Assembly: GCA_044356455.1 (NCBI GenBank)
Contig: JBIKWF010000016.1
Location: 1-53,984 of the forward strand
DNA length: 53,984 nucleotides
Source of the DNA: Bdellovibrionota bacterium
GTDB taxonomy: Bacteria > Bdellovibrionota_C > UBA2361 > JBGSMV01
Direction: 5' to 3'
The position numbers and the translations under genes were made by a program. This document shows positions 29,919 to 39,339 of the stretch, piece by piece (position 1 is the stretch's first letter; every line of letters begins with the position of its first letter). The notes below the pieces were generated by a model. It ran no database searches and was not told the DNA's origin. It saw only the letters and a program-made list of their open reading frames with translations.

Positions 29919-31216
29919 AGCAGTCAGCGATTCCTTCCCTTCAGTTCCCCTTGTGCAGGCTACTCGCGGTGAGACGTTACCGGTATCTGCCCATGCTCCT
30001 CGCCGTGTCCCTACTGCTCACGCCCATCAACGTAAACGCAGAAGCCTTTGAAGTGAGCTCCAGTGCATCAAGTGCAAAGGCACAGAGCCAAGAAGCGGCG
30101 CAGCAACAAGAACCAAAGTCCTCTGGAGGTTCCTCTCTCTTTCAGGCCGAGTCTTCAACTTCGAGCACTGGCGGGGAGGCGTCTGGCACAGGCAGCGCAT
30201 CTTCTTACCCAAGCGAGGCAGCCTCCGCGGCAAGCTCCCCTCGGCCTGCAAAGCCCATGGAGATGACTGCGCTGCGACTTAGCATGGCGGAGAGCGCCTT
30301 TGCTCTCGATCCAAGCCTTGAGAATCGAGCGAACCTCATACTCGCGAGAGAAAGGTTGGTAGAAGATACCTGCATGCCGCGCCTTACCCAAACGCTCCAG
30401 CACCTCGGCATGAACTCCCTTCCCGAGCCTCAGCGCACCGCATGCCGCAAAGAGCTCTTCGGCGTATTTGCCCTCGACGGAGCGACCCCAGTCGGATTCT
30501 GCGCCAGAGACGGAATAGACTCTCCCAATTGTCTCGCCGCGTATAAGAATCAAGTTAGTGGAAGTTATGGCGGTGGATATCAAGCCCCTTCTGCCCCAGA
30601 GCCTCTTCGCCCAGGTCAAAAGCCCAACGCTCAGGATACCGTAGCCCTTTTGTACCAGGAAGCGCGTCAGCGAATGAGCGTGCTTCAAGACCACGAGTCT
30701 ATCGATGCGCGCCTTGCGATTCGAAACATCTTTGCGCGCTTACTTACACTCAATTGCGCGGTAGTACGCCTAAGCCTTCAGGAGCTTCCCCCTCAAGATT
30801 CTTTAGCGGTTGCAAATCGCGACTCAGTTCTTGGACAGCCGCTTGATCCCAATGTGCCTATCGAACGCTACGTTGATGTGCTCGTCCAGGGCGCGAGGGC
30901 TAAAGCCACGCCTACCGGCCCTGCCCCGAAAGAGACAGAAGAGGCACCAAAAGAAGGCCCTCCCTTCTTTCGTAATCGACTCACGAGCGATGCGTGCCAG
31001 TTTTATGCACAAGAGGGACTACGATTCGAACCGGGTCTCGCAAGCGCGGTGTGCCACCGAGAAGGCTTTTCCTCCCCCGCGTGTATTAGCGCGCTTCGTA
31101 AAGAGAAGGCAGACACCCTCGCTGCAATCCAGAAAGAAAGGCAATCGAAAGGCCTTCCCCCAATAGTGCCCAATGCCTCCAGGTCCTCCAAAGCTCCAGG
31201 ATTTAGTACCTTCTGA
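29915..31216 (+). CDS. Secreted hypothetical protein with Ser-rich linker and two Cys-containing internal repeats
   Basis: Signal peptide; CARDGIDSPNC and CHREGFSSPAC repeats; ATGA overlap with the SGNH gene. Confidence 0.7.
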   Translation: MKQSAIPSLQFPLCRLLAVRRYRYLPMLLAVSLLLTPINVNAEAFEVSSSASSAKAQSQEAAQQQEPKSSGGSSLFQAESSTSSTGGEASGTGSASSYPSEAASAASSPRPAKPMEMTALRLSMAESAFALDPSLENRANLILARERLVEDTCMPRLTQTLQHLGMNSLPEPQRTACRKELFGVFALDGATPVGFCARDGIDSPNCLAAYKNQVSGSYGGGYQAPSAPEPLRPGQKPNAQDTVALLYQEARQRMSVLQDHESIDARLAIRNIFARLLTLNCAVVRLSLQELPPQDSLAVANRDSVLGQPLDPNVPIERYVDVLVQGARAKATPTGPAPKETEEAPKEGPPFFRNRLTSDACQFYAQEGLRFEPGLASAVCHREGFSSPACISALRKEKADTLAAIQKERQSKGLPPIVPNASRSSKAPGFSTF

Positions 31217-31271
31217 AGCAACTTTTTCGAGAAAGCTCCGATTAAGAGCTTCACTGAGAGAGTCCTATCCT

Positions 31272-31337
31272 CCCCTTAGTGGTCTTAGTGTTCTTAGTGG
31301 TAGTTTTTAAAACAACCACTAAAACCACTAAGGGAGG
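31272..31337. repeat. REP-like palindrome with tandem cttagtg units
   Basis: cccttagtggtcttagtgttcttagtggtagtttt / aaaacaaccactaaaaccactaaggg. Confidence 0.55.
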
Positions 31338-31379
31338 GTGTGTTCGAGGCTCTCGAATTTAGTCTCGAAGAGGTACCCT

Positions 31380-31760
31380 ATGTCCTTTAATTCTAGCCTA
31401 CCCCAATCCGGCTTTAGTCTTATTGAACTACTAGTCGTCATCGCAATCATTTCAGCGCTAACCGCCATAGCCGTTCCGCAGTACGCCGAATACCGGGCAA
31501 AAGCGTTTGACCTAAGAGCACTTGAGGACTTACGTAACGTTGCCATCGCCGAGGAAGCTTATTTCGCGGACAGCGAGCGTTATCTCGCCTGCTCAAATCT
31601 TGAATGCGCCACTACGCTACCCGGAATCGCAAGAATCTCGGCTGGCGTAGTACTCACCATTGAGACAAGCGAAGAGAGCTTTACCGGGACATCCTCGCAT
31701 CCGAAAGGCTCTGGGAAAACCTTCCGCTGGGAAAGCGCCGAGGGAGGGCTCGTCGAATAG
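31380..31760 (+). CDS. Type IV pilin-like protein
   Basis: Prepilin cleavage motif QSG|FSLIELLVVIAII...IAVPQY; ATG 31380 with GAGG RBS. Confidence 0.9.
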   Translation: MSFNSSLPQSGFSLIELLVVIAIISALTAIAVPQYAEYRAKAFDLRALEDLRNVAIAEEAYFADSERYLACSNLECATTLPGIARISAGVVLTIETSEESFTGTSSHPKGSGKTFRWESAEGGLVE

Positions 31761-31821
31761 GCGCCCTCTTCTTCCAGAGGCAAAAACATGTTCTCATAGA
31801 AGTCAGCTGTGAGAATATCTT

Positions 31822-33213
31822 ATGAATCCTGTTCGTACCCCTACCCCTACCCCTTCCCCTTCGGAAACTTCTGCAAGTCTTGGACTCGATCTTGGATCGG
31901 CCGAGGATCACCGCTCCGCAGAAAAGGCTCTGCGCGTGAATCTCGACGCCCGGCACTATGGAACTTTTGCTGAAATTGGGGGCGGCCAGGAAGTAGCTCG
32001 GTGGTTCTTCAGGGTGGGCGGGTCTTCGGGAACCGTCGCTAAAACCATGTCGGCCTACGACATGCAGTTTAGTGATGCGATCTATGGAAAGGGAACGCGC
32101 TATGTTTCTCGGCAGCGCCTCATGGCGATGCTCGACCATGAATTCCAGCTTCTCGAAGAGCGACTAAAACAAACCCGAGGCGATAAGACTTCGTTTTTCG
32201 TATTTGCAGACACCGTTGCAGCGCGAAATTTTAACGGAACAAATGAGTGTCACGGCTGGCTTGGCCTACGCTTCCAAGCAGCTCCCCACGCTCCCGCCAA
32301 CGATCTTCTTATTCACGTCAACCTGCTCGATAAGACGCTCCTGCTCCAGCAACAAGCACTTGGCATCTTGGGAGTGAACCTCCTTCATAGCGCCTTCTAC
32401 GAGCGCGCCTCACTTGAGGGCATGCTTAAGAGTCTTTTTGATTCACTGTCCCTCTCGCGTGTTGAGATAAATTTTGTTGAAGCACGCGGACCAGAATTCG
32501 AAGGGCTTGAGGCCGACGCGCTTAATTTCACCCTTCTCAGACTGCAGCTCTGCCGCAGCATTGCCTTTGATGCTGAAGGGAAGCCCACTATCACCTCTGA
32601 ACTCCTTCATCACCGGGCAGTCGTACTGCAACGCGGAAGCTTCCAATTTCAGAAAGAGAAATTCCAGCAAATGATGCGCGACTCAGAGGCTGCTCTCGCC
32701 CGAGAAGTTCAGAAATTGGAGAAACCTCCGCAGGGTCTCTTTGAAATTTCTATTAACAGCGCTCGCCCTGACGATACCCCCGATGATGAGGAGCTCAGGC
32801 GCCGCGTTGCAGCGCTCACCCATCTTGGCTATCCCGTTTTGGTCTCGAACTTTATCGAGAACTTTAGACTAACGGAGTACTTACGTCGCTACACGGTGGA
32901 ACCTATACGGTTCACTATCGGAGTTGGGACCCTTGTCCAAATTTTACGCGACTCATTTTACACCAACGTTGATGGTGGACTCCTAGAGGGACTTGGGAAA
33001 TTACTTGGCCAAGGCGTCAAGGTTTTTGCGTTCCCCATGACCGCTCAAGACTTTTCGCGGCAACTGAGCCTCTATTCCTCGGGCCAGGAATTCTGCGCCG
33101 TGCCCACAGAGGGCCTTGTCACGGCGAAGAACATCGCCATGTATGGGCCCGTGCGGCATCTCTATAGCTATTTGCTTGAATCGGGGTATGTGATTCCTAT
33201 TCCGAATGCGTAG
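31822..33213 (+). CDS. Conserved protein of unclear function (YGTFAEIGxGQEVARWFF family)
   Basis: Motifs YGTFAEIGGGQEVARWFF, KTMSAYDMQFSDAIYG, FFVFADTV, CHGWLG; no signal peptide or beta-barrel features. Confidence 0.75.
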   Translation: MNPVRTPTPTPSPSETSASLGLDLGSAEDHRSAEKALRVNLDARHYGTFAEIGGGQEVARWFFRVGGSSGTVAKTMSAYDMQFSDAIYGKGTRYVSRQRLMAMLDHEFQLLEERLKQTRGDKTSFFVFADTVAARNFNGTNECHGWLGLRFQAAPHAPANDLLIHVNLLDKTLLLQQQALGILGVNLLHSAFYERASLEGMLKSLFDSLSLSRVEINFVEARGPEFEGLEADALNFTLLRLQLCRSIAFDAEGKPTITSELLHHRAVVLQRGSFQFQKEKFQQMMRDSEAALAREVQKLEKPPQGLFEISINSARPDDTPDDEELRRRVAALTHLGYPVLVSNFIENFRLTEYLRRYTVEPIRFTIGVGTLVQILRDSFYTNVDGGLLEGLGKLLGQGVKVFAFPMTAQDFSRQLSLYSSGQEFCAVPTEGLVTAKNIAMYGPVRHLYSYLLESGYVIPIPNA

Positions 33214-33264
33214 ATAACCTATAAAAGACTCCCTTCCACGTAACCGGCTCCGCCAAAGCTATGC

Positions 33265-33334
33265 TGGGGACGCAGAGTACGCAGACGAAAAACAGGACAG
33301 AAGAAATTCAATTTATAGGTTTTTAAGAGGTTCC
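33265..33334. repeat. Partial MITE family A (right end only)
   Basis: ggacgcagagtacgcagacg, aaaacaggaca (shared with the 2913 copy) and TTTTTAAGAGGTTCC end. Confidence 0.5.
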
Positions 33335-33355
33335 CCAATTCGGAGGCGCGGCACG

Positions 33356-35413
33356 CTATGAGCCTAAGAGAGGACTGGGCGTCCCGGCTGGAACGACGAG
33401 TTGCGCTTCGTCGCGCGAAGCTCGCACTCCCCACCAAATGCTTTCCATGGGTTTAAGTTGTGCGAGGATTTCGGCGAGCTGGGATTCAATAAACTCGACG
33501 TCTACTTTTAGTCGGCCGGAAGCCACAGATTCCTTGAATTCGTTGAGGAGCTCGACGGTGCGGTCGCCCAGTTGCTTGGAAAGCGCGAAGATCCCCTCTT
33601 CTAGCTGCGGCTGTCTGAGCGATTCTCTTCTGACCATCCGCTCCAAGCCCGGCACTATCGCCTGCGAGATATCGCTTGAATTTCGAGTAAGCACACTGGC
33701 AAGCTCGTCGGCCCTCGCACCCCCAATTGATCGTAAAGCGGGGTGCTGAACGAGGAGTTTTGAGGTGAGAATGATGAAGCTTGTGCCCAAACTTGCAGAC
33801 CAGGCCCCCAGTCTCTCGTAGTCCAGGCGTGCATCCTTGCGGTCCTCTGGTTTGTATACATGCCAGTTGCTGATATCGCGCATAAAGGGCGCCATAAAGC
33901 GTCGGATGTTGAACGAGGCGTCATACTCGAAAACGCCCTCTTGTCTTAGTTCCTGCATCGCCGTTTCGAAAGTCTTCGCCAGGACAAGCAGGCGGAGCTG
34001 ACTATAGTTATCAATGACGAGCTTGTCAGCGCGGGCAATGCGCGCTGAGCCATCAATTGGCCTAACGGGTTCCCAACTCTCGGCTCCGGAGGAGGCGTCG
34101 CGATAGCCTTGCTCTTTCTCCCTGCGTTTGAGTTCGTCGCGCTGAGCCTTTGAGCAAAGATTGGGGTACTTCTTCATAAGGCGCGGAATCAGGCCGGGAA
34201 TACTGTCACCACAGCGGGCACCAAACAGGTAGCGTGACTGGACGAAGTTTCCATCTTTCTCGCTCCATGGCAAAGCGCCGAAGACACAGAAACGCGTCTC
34301 TGACCCAATGCGTAGCCGAAATTGGTGCCAGGCGCTTAGTTTCGCCTCATGTACGAGGGCGCGTGCCAACTTTGCACGCTCTTCATTGAGGCCTGAGAAG
34401 TCGTCCTCTAGGTAGTAGCGCCTAAAGAGCTCAATCTTTCGGCGGCCTGTCTTCGTAAGCTCGCCCTTGATTTCCACGACGCGGTTATTGAAGGTTCCTG
34501 GTCCGCGATCTATGAGCTCGAAAAAGTCAGGGTGATAGACTTCGACCCGACCCGTGGCCGGGTCGATCATCGGAAAGCCCATCGGCTCATACACATAGCG
34601 GCGCTTGTTGGAAGCTAAGCACACGCGGGCGTAGAGCGCTTCCCACGAACTACGCATCCGTTCCGGTACGCCTTCGAACTGAAAGGTTTCGCCGCCGAGA
34701 TTACCTTTGTCGATGCTGCGTAATCGCATTGACAGAGCATCGGCGCGATCCACTCGGCGTGACAGTGCCTCGTGTCCTTCTTTCTGGAGTCTTTCGGCGT
34801 GTGCTCGCATGGCTGCTGCGGCAGCTTCGCGGCGAGCCTGCGCCAGCTCGGGATGGTTCCAAAACTGCCTAAGCGTTTCGCGACGTTTGTCGGCCACGGT
34901 GGCGCGGTCTTCCGCGGAAAGGTCTTTCCACCAATCGCCGTAAGAGCGATGTGCGGCGATGCGGTCGTAAACTTCGGCACCGCTAGTGATTCCGCGAAAC
35001 ATTTGGAGAGCTGCGCGTACCTTCGGAATAGTTACGTCGTGCTTGGCCTCTCTTAGTGCGCGGTGAGCCGCTTTGAGCGTCTCAACAGAAGCAACCGGAA
35101 GTCCTAGGCCGATTGAGCGCTCAACCGATTGCGCAAGGGTGAGCAGTAGTTCTCCACGCCAAGCGACATTCTTAGCGACGCCGGTCTTTGCCTTTGGTTG
35201 ACGGCTCTTGCTCGACTGAGACTGCAGTTTCGCCAAGGAGTCGAAGCCGATCTTGGTGAGGACAAGGCGTCCGTCCTTGATGCTGGCGAGGCCCGAGGTT
35301 ACGAGAGGAGATCGCGTCACTTCGCTATCTGCGAAAGGATCCGGACGATTCGGCGAGCTTGCGGAGGGCGCAAAAGCAGCCTTGGCCGCTGATTTCGAGA
35401 TTAGATTCGACAC
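33356..35413 (-). CDS. Large protein with a central PD-(D/E)xK endonuclease domain
   Basis: RSSWE...YEP..F...YHPDF...VVEIKG...KIELFRRYY, the pattern of T7 endonuclease I/TnsA-N-like nucleases. Confidence 0.72.
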   Translation of the reverse strand: MSNLISKSAAKAAFAPSASSPNRPDPFADSEVTRSPLVTSGLASIKDGRLVLTKIGFDSLAKLQSQSSKSRQPKAKTGVAKNVAWRGELLLTLAQSVERSIGLGLPVASVETLKAAHRALREAKHDVTIPKVRAALQMFRGITSGAEVYDRIAAHRSYGDWWKDLSAEDRATVADKRRETLRQFWNHPELAQARREAAAAAMRAHAERLQKEGHEALSRRVDRADALSMRLRSIDKGNLGGETFQFEGVPERMRSSWEALYARVCLASNKRRYVYEPMGFPMIDPATGRVEVYHPDFFELIDRGPGTFNNRVVEIKGELTKTGRRKIELFRRYYLEDDFSGLNEERAKLARALVHEAKLSAWHQFRLRIGSETRFCVFGALPWSEKDGNFVQSRYLFGARCGDSIPGLIPRLMKKYPNLCSKAQRDELKRREKEQGYRDASSGAESWEPVRPIDGSARIARADKLVIDNYSQLRLLVLAKTFETAMQELRQEGVFEYDASFNIRRFMAPFMRDISNWHVYKPEDRKDARLDYERLGAWSASLGTSFIILTSKLLVQHPALRSIGGARADELASVLTRNSSDISQAIVPGLERMVRRESLRQPQLEEGIFALSKQLGDRTVELLNEFKESVASGRLKVDVEFIESQLAEILAQLKPMESIWWGVRASRDEAQLVVPAGTPSPLLGS

Positions 35414-36295
35414 GGCCGTGTTATGCGGGAATTAGGGTTCGGAGGCGCTTACGGCCCATTGCGCAACCCCGCAGAAATACTCGGCTTGGAATCCTGGCGA
35501 CTGTCGCGCAGAAGTAATCTCACAAGGTTAGGGTCTAGGGAAATTAATCTAACATACTGATAGACCGTGAGGTATTCAGTAATCGGCGTGAACCTCCCCC
35601 GCTTTAGTTGAGAGATAGATAAGCGAAAGCGGCCTTCCTTTGTGACAGAGGAAGGGTATGAAGCAGCAATACACTCGCAACCTTCCACAAACCGCGGCTC
35701 GGCGAGAGCCGAGACTGGTCCCAAGGCCACGGCCCCGCCGCCGATCCCACGCGCTCCACAGCAGGAACTATTCGGTGAAATTCCTCGTGACGACTTCATC
35801 TAAACGATGGCAGCGGCTGGCCTGCGGCCGTGCTTGGCCGTGGAGGCCAAAAGCGGCACCTTACCAGCCCGCCGCTCCATGCTTCGAGGCCACTTTGTGC
35901 TGAGAATTGCGGCTCTACTCTGCGTCCCTACACAATCAGGCATTAATTCCAGCCTTCACTCTACCCATTCTTCAATCTCGCTAAATCAAATTCTCAGCAA
36001 GTCGGACTAAACCACCGATATCATTAAATATGACTGATTTTCCGAGACCCGAACTCGTACGGGCCAACTTGATGTGCATACTCCCGCTGCATTTAAGACT
36101 CTACCGCTAAAAAGGCCGTGAATCAGTAACATTCTATTTGGCTCACCTGCGTGAATTTCGCTAGAGCACCGCACCTTAACTGGATTTCATACCAAATTTA
36201 TGGCTTCGAGAGCGGAGGATGGACTCCGCTGTTCGCTTCTGAATGACGAATTATTCTAGAATTATAATCCGACTAGAGGGTGAATAGGACTACCA

Positions 36296-37612
36296 ATGCG
36301 AGAGGATATAGTTACACCTGTCGGCCTTGAGCTTGGCTTGGCAAAAGCATTCTTAAGAGACGGAGATAATAAAACAGCGCTAAAGCATGCTGCATTGGCA
36401 GCAAAATTATCGGACTCATCCATTGAGATGAGAAATCACTTTGGTCCGGAAATTGTGGATGAAATTTGCAAGACCGGTAATATAAAGTTTGCCACCCAAA
36501 GAGCTGAGCAGATTACGGAACCATTTAACCGAGCAGTCGCATTTCTTAAGATTGCCCGGAAAATAGTGGAAATAGATCCCAATCGGCAGGCAAGCTATTG
36601 CTTTACGAAGGCGATAACAGCCTTAGCGGAACTTGAAACGTTCGGCATGTGCCCCGCAGGTGTCGAACTAAGGGCGACAATACTCGATCAACTTAAACAA
36701 AATGGTAACTTGCCTCTCGCAGGCGAGGTTGCTGCGGGCATTTCGGAGGAACTTTCCAGAGCCCAAGCATTTCACGGTATTGCAAAGCTAGCCTCAAAAG
36801 CTGGCGATCCTGATTTGGCCAACGAATTCTTCGAAAAGGCTTTAGGATCTCTTAATGGTAAGTACGATGGCGCAGGCGCTGAAACTCACCTCCGGGTGTG
36901 CATAGCCGAGGCTCTCTTTGAAAACGGAAATAAGACCCGTGCAGAGGAGGTTGCTGCCGGCATTTCAGAGGAACTTTCCAGAGCCAAAGCATTTCACGGT
37001 ATTGCAACGCTAGCCTCAAAAGCCGGCGATCCTGATTTGGCCAACGGATTCTTCGAAAAGGCTTTAGGATCTCTTAACGGTACGTACGATGGCGTAGGCT
37101 CTGAAACTCACCTCCGGGTGTGCATAGCCGAGGCTCTCTTTGAAAACGGAAATAAGGCCCGTGCAGAGGAGGTTGCTGCGGGCATTTCAGAGGAACTTTC
37201 CAGAGCCAAGGCATTTCACGGTATTGCAAAGCTAGCCTCAAAAGCTGGCGATCCTGAATTGGCCAACGGATTCTTCGAAAAGGCTTTAGGATCTCTTAAC
37301 GGTACGTACGATGGCGCAGGCGCTGAAACTCACCTCCGGGTGTGCATAGCCGAGGCTCTCTTTGAAAACGGAAATAAGGCCCGTGCAGAGGAGGTTGCTG
37401 CGGGCATTTCAGAGGAACTTTCCAGAGCCAAAGCATTTCACGGCATTGCAAAGCTAGCCTCAAAAGCTGGCGATCCTGATTTGGCCAACGGATTCTTCGA
37501 AAAGGCTTTAGGATCTCTTAACGGTAAGTACGATGGCGTAGGCTCTGAAACTAAATTAAGAGTAGAGATACGGGAGGCATCAAGGCAGGAACTGGCACAC
37601 CCGCATCACTGA
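36296..37612 (+). CDS. Alpha-helical (TPR-like) tandem repeat protein
   Basis: About 3.75 near-identical 74-aa repeats plus a diverged N-terminal copy. Confidence 0.85.
   Translation: MREDIVTPVGLELGLAKAFLRDGDNKTALKHAALAAKLSDSSIEMRNHFGPEIVDEICKTGNIKFATQRAEQITEPFNRAVAFLKIARKIVEIDPNRQASYCFTKAITALAELETFGMCPAGVELRATILDQLKQNGNLPLAGEVAAGISEELSRAQAFHGIAKLASKAGDPDLANEFFEKALGSLNGKYDGAGAETHLRVCIAEALFENGNKTRAEEVAAGISEELSRAKAFHGIATLASKAGDPDLANGFFEKALGSLNGTYDGVGSETHLRVCIAEALFENGNKARAEEVAAGISEELSRAKAFHGIAKLASKAGDPELANGFFEKALGSLNGTYDGAGAETHLRVCIAEALFENGNKARAEEVAAGISEELSRAKAFHGIAKLASKAGDPDLANGFFEKALGSLNGKYDGVGSETKLRVEIREASRQELAHPHH
36725..37552 (+). repeat. Intragenic 222-bp tandem repeat, about 3.75 copies
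   Basis: gaggttgctgc[g/c]ggcatttc begins at 36725, 36947, 37169 and 37391. Confidence 0.95.
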
Positions 37613-37622
37613 GGGATTTCCC

Positions 37623-37748
37623 CTTGGGACACCCAATAACTCCACGACCACGCAAAAGGTAGCGATTCTATGGCTCATCATTTCAAATGGTTAGTGAACA
37701 GGTCTCAAGCTCGCGGGCCCTAAATGAACAAAAAGTGGGTGTCCCAAG
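37623..37748. repeat. 126-bp segment bounded by perfect 13-bp inverted repeats
   Basis: CTTGGGACACCCA ... TGGGTGTCCCAAG; related ends at 53018-53154. Confidence 0.55.
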
Positions 37749-37958
37749 AGAACCCGAAGGGGGCGAAGCGTGCTAGGATCCGCCGGCCCTAATCGGGCGT
37801 TAAGAAGATTTACAAGAAACCTACCTCGCTAATTGTCAAATGATTTCATTATTTTAATGAAGACAGGCCGTGAAAATTCTCAATTCAGCACGGCATCCGT
37901 AAGACTAAGTTCCGCAGATCGGAAATAATCTGCCGCTTAAAGTTTATTGGGGAATCTT

Positions 37959-38579
37959 ATGGCGTGTCCTTTAACTCACAGAGCTGCTCCTAATACTGCA
38001 GCTGCGATCGGACTTGCTGCAACCTTGGTCGGAGCCAGCTTCTCAGGCTGCGCTTCATCGTCGAAAGGTGATCCTCATGCTGGGCTGGGAGAGAAAGTTG
38101 GGCCAGATTCTCGTCAAACGTTCGATTTCTACAAACCCGACACGGGAAAGTCGGTTCAGAAAGTTCAGTATCGGTATGACCCAGCAACAAATACATACGC
38201 GCAAGTTTCTGCTGATAAGACTGCTGAAAATGCCAGTTCTTCGAACACAATAGCGATATCCCGAGATTTATTTCCATCTTGGATGACTAATGATTCGATG
38301 CCCATACTCCTCGGCTACCATGTTAAGGCAATGGCGTTACCTGTCGGCAGTGAGGTCAAAACCGAACTCGGAGTTCTGCAATCTAACGACCCAAAAATCT
38401 TGGAGGGCAAATTTGCCGACGAGATCGCACGAGGAAGAGAGATTAGAATTGTTTCCACACGTGACGCGTGCGTCGTTGGCGAACAATTGCTGGAAAAAAA
38501 TGGTATCCGCAAGACTGTCTCCCACCCTTATCCTGACGGATTTGTGGTGGTTTCAATACCGCCGACTCCGCGGCGATGA
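37959..38579 (+). CDS. Putative lipoprotein of unknown function
   Basis: Hydrophobic stretch ending in lipobox-like FSGC. Confidence 0.65.
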   Translation: MACPLTHRAAPNTAAAIGLAATLVGASFSGCASSSKGDPHAGLGEKVGPDSRQTFDFYKPDTGKSVQKVQYRYDPATNTYAQVSADKTAENASSSNTIAISRDLFPSWMTNDSMPILLGYHVKAMALPVGSEVKTELGVLQSNDPKILEGKFADEIARGREIRIVSTRDACVVGEQLLEKNGIRKTVSHPYPDGFVVVSIPPTPRR

Positions 38580-38590
38580 TCTTATAGATA

Positions 38591-38752
38591 ATGGACTTAG
38601 AGAATCCGCTTTTTATTCTTTACACTTCCGGCTCTACGGGTAAGCCCAAAGGGGTTCTGCATACCACGGGCGGCTATCTTCTCCATGCGGCCGTTACTCA
38701 CCGCTACGTGTTTGATCTCAAAGAAGACGACATCTACTTTTGCGCCGCGGAT
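38591..38752 (+). pseudogene. acs: Internal fragment of acetyl-CoA synthetase
   Basis: [26 protein letters not shown]...[16 protein letters not shown] (AMP-binding signature); homology stops abruptly. Confidence 0.85.
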
Positions 38753-38754
38753 AG

Positions 38755-39339
38755 TGGCGTAGGCTTCAGCAGCCAGAACTTAGAGAGAAGATTGTAGAGG
38801 CTCATAAGCCAGAGTGTGAGAGTGTACTTCAGCTTCTTTATCGAGGGAACAAGGTTGGATTTGGACTCGCTACTGTTCCCACCGGGATTTCTTCAGCGAC
38901 AGCAGCTCTCACCGCATGGGCCGTGTCGGCTGCGGGTGAGAGTACACTTTTTGCGGCCAGCGCCGCCGCCGTAGCCTCGTATATTTGGTACCCGACCTAC
39001 TTTGCACTAAATCACCTCTTCCGTGATCGGCAGCTGATTCAGCGTCTAGAGGAACAGGGGGACAAGGGCGCGAACTTTCGAAATTGGGGAAGCCGCGTCA
39101 CACAGACAATAATGGGTGAGGGAATTTGGCTTGCCGCCATCATTCCTACTCAAGTGGCTTTGGTAAATCACCTTGGATTGTCTGCCGGCGCAGCCGCACT
39201 TGCAACGCATATACCGCTGGCGTTATCGATGAATGCCTTTCTCATCACGCCTTACCGAAATCTTTCAAATTGGATGTGGGGATTGGACAGGCCCAGCCGG
39301 GGGAGTGGGGCGCAAAGGGGGGGGGGGGGTAAATCATGA
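38755..39339 (+). pseudogene. 5'-truncated membrane protein gene (ORF track start 38923)
   Basis: Frame is open from 38755 ([12 protein letters not shown]...) with no start codon, beginning where acs homology ends; several hydrophobic segments. Confidence 0.5.

Noticed and set aside
36725..37552. Tandem repeats as a CRISPR array
   Set aside because: Units are 222 bp, in frame within a CDS, have no unique spacers, and no cas genes are present
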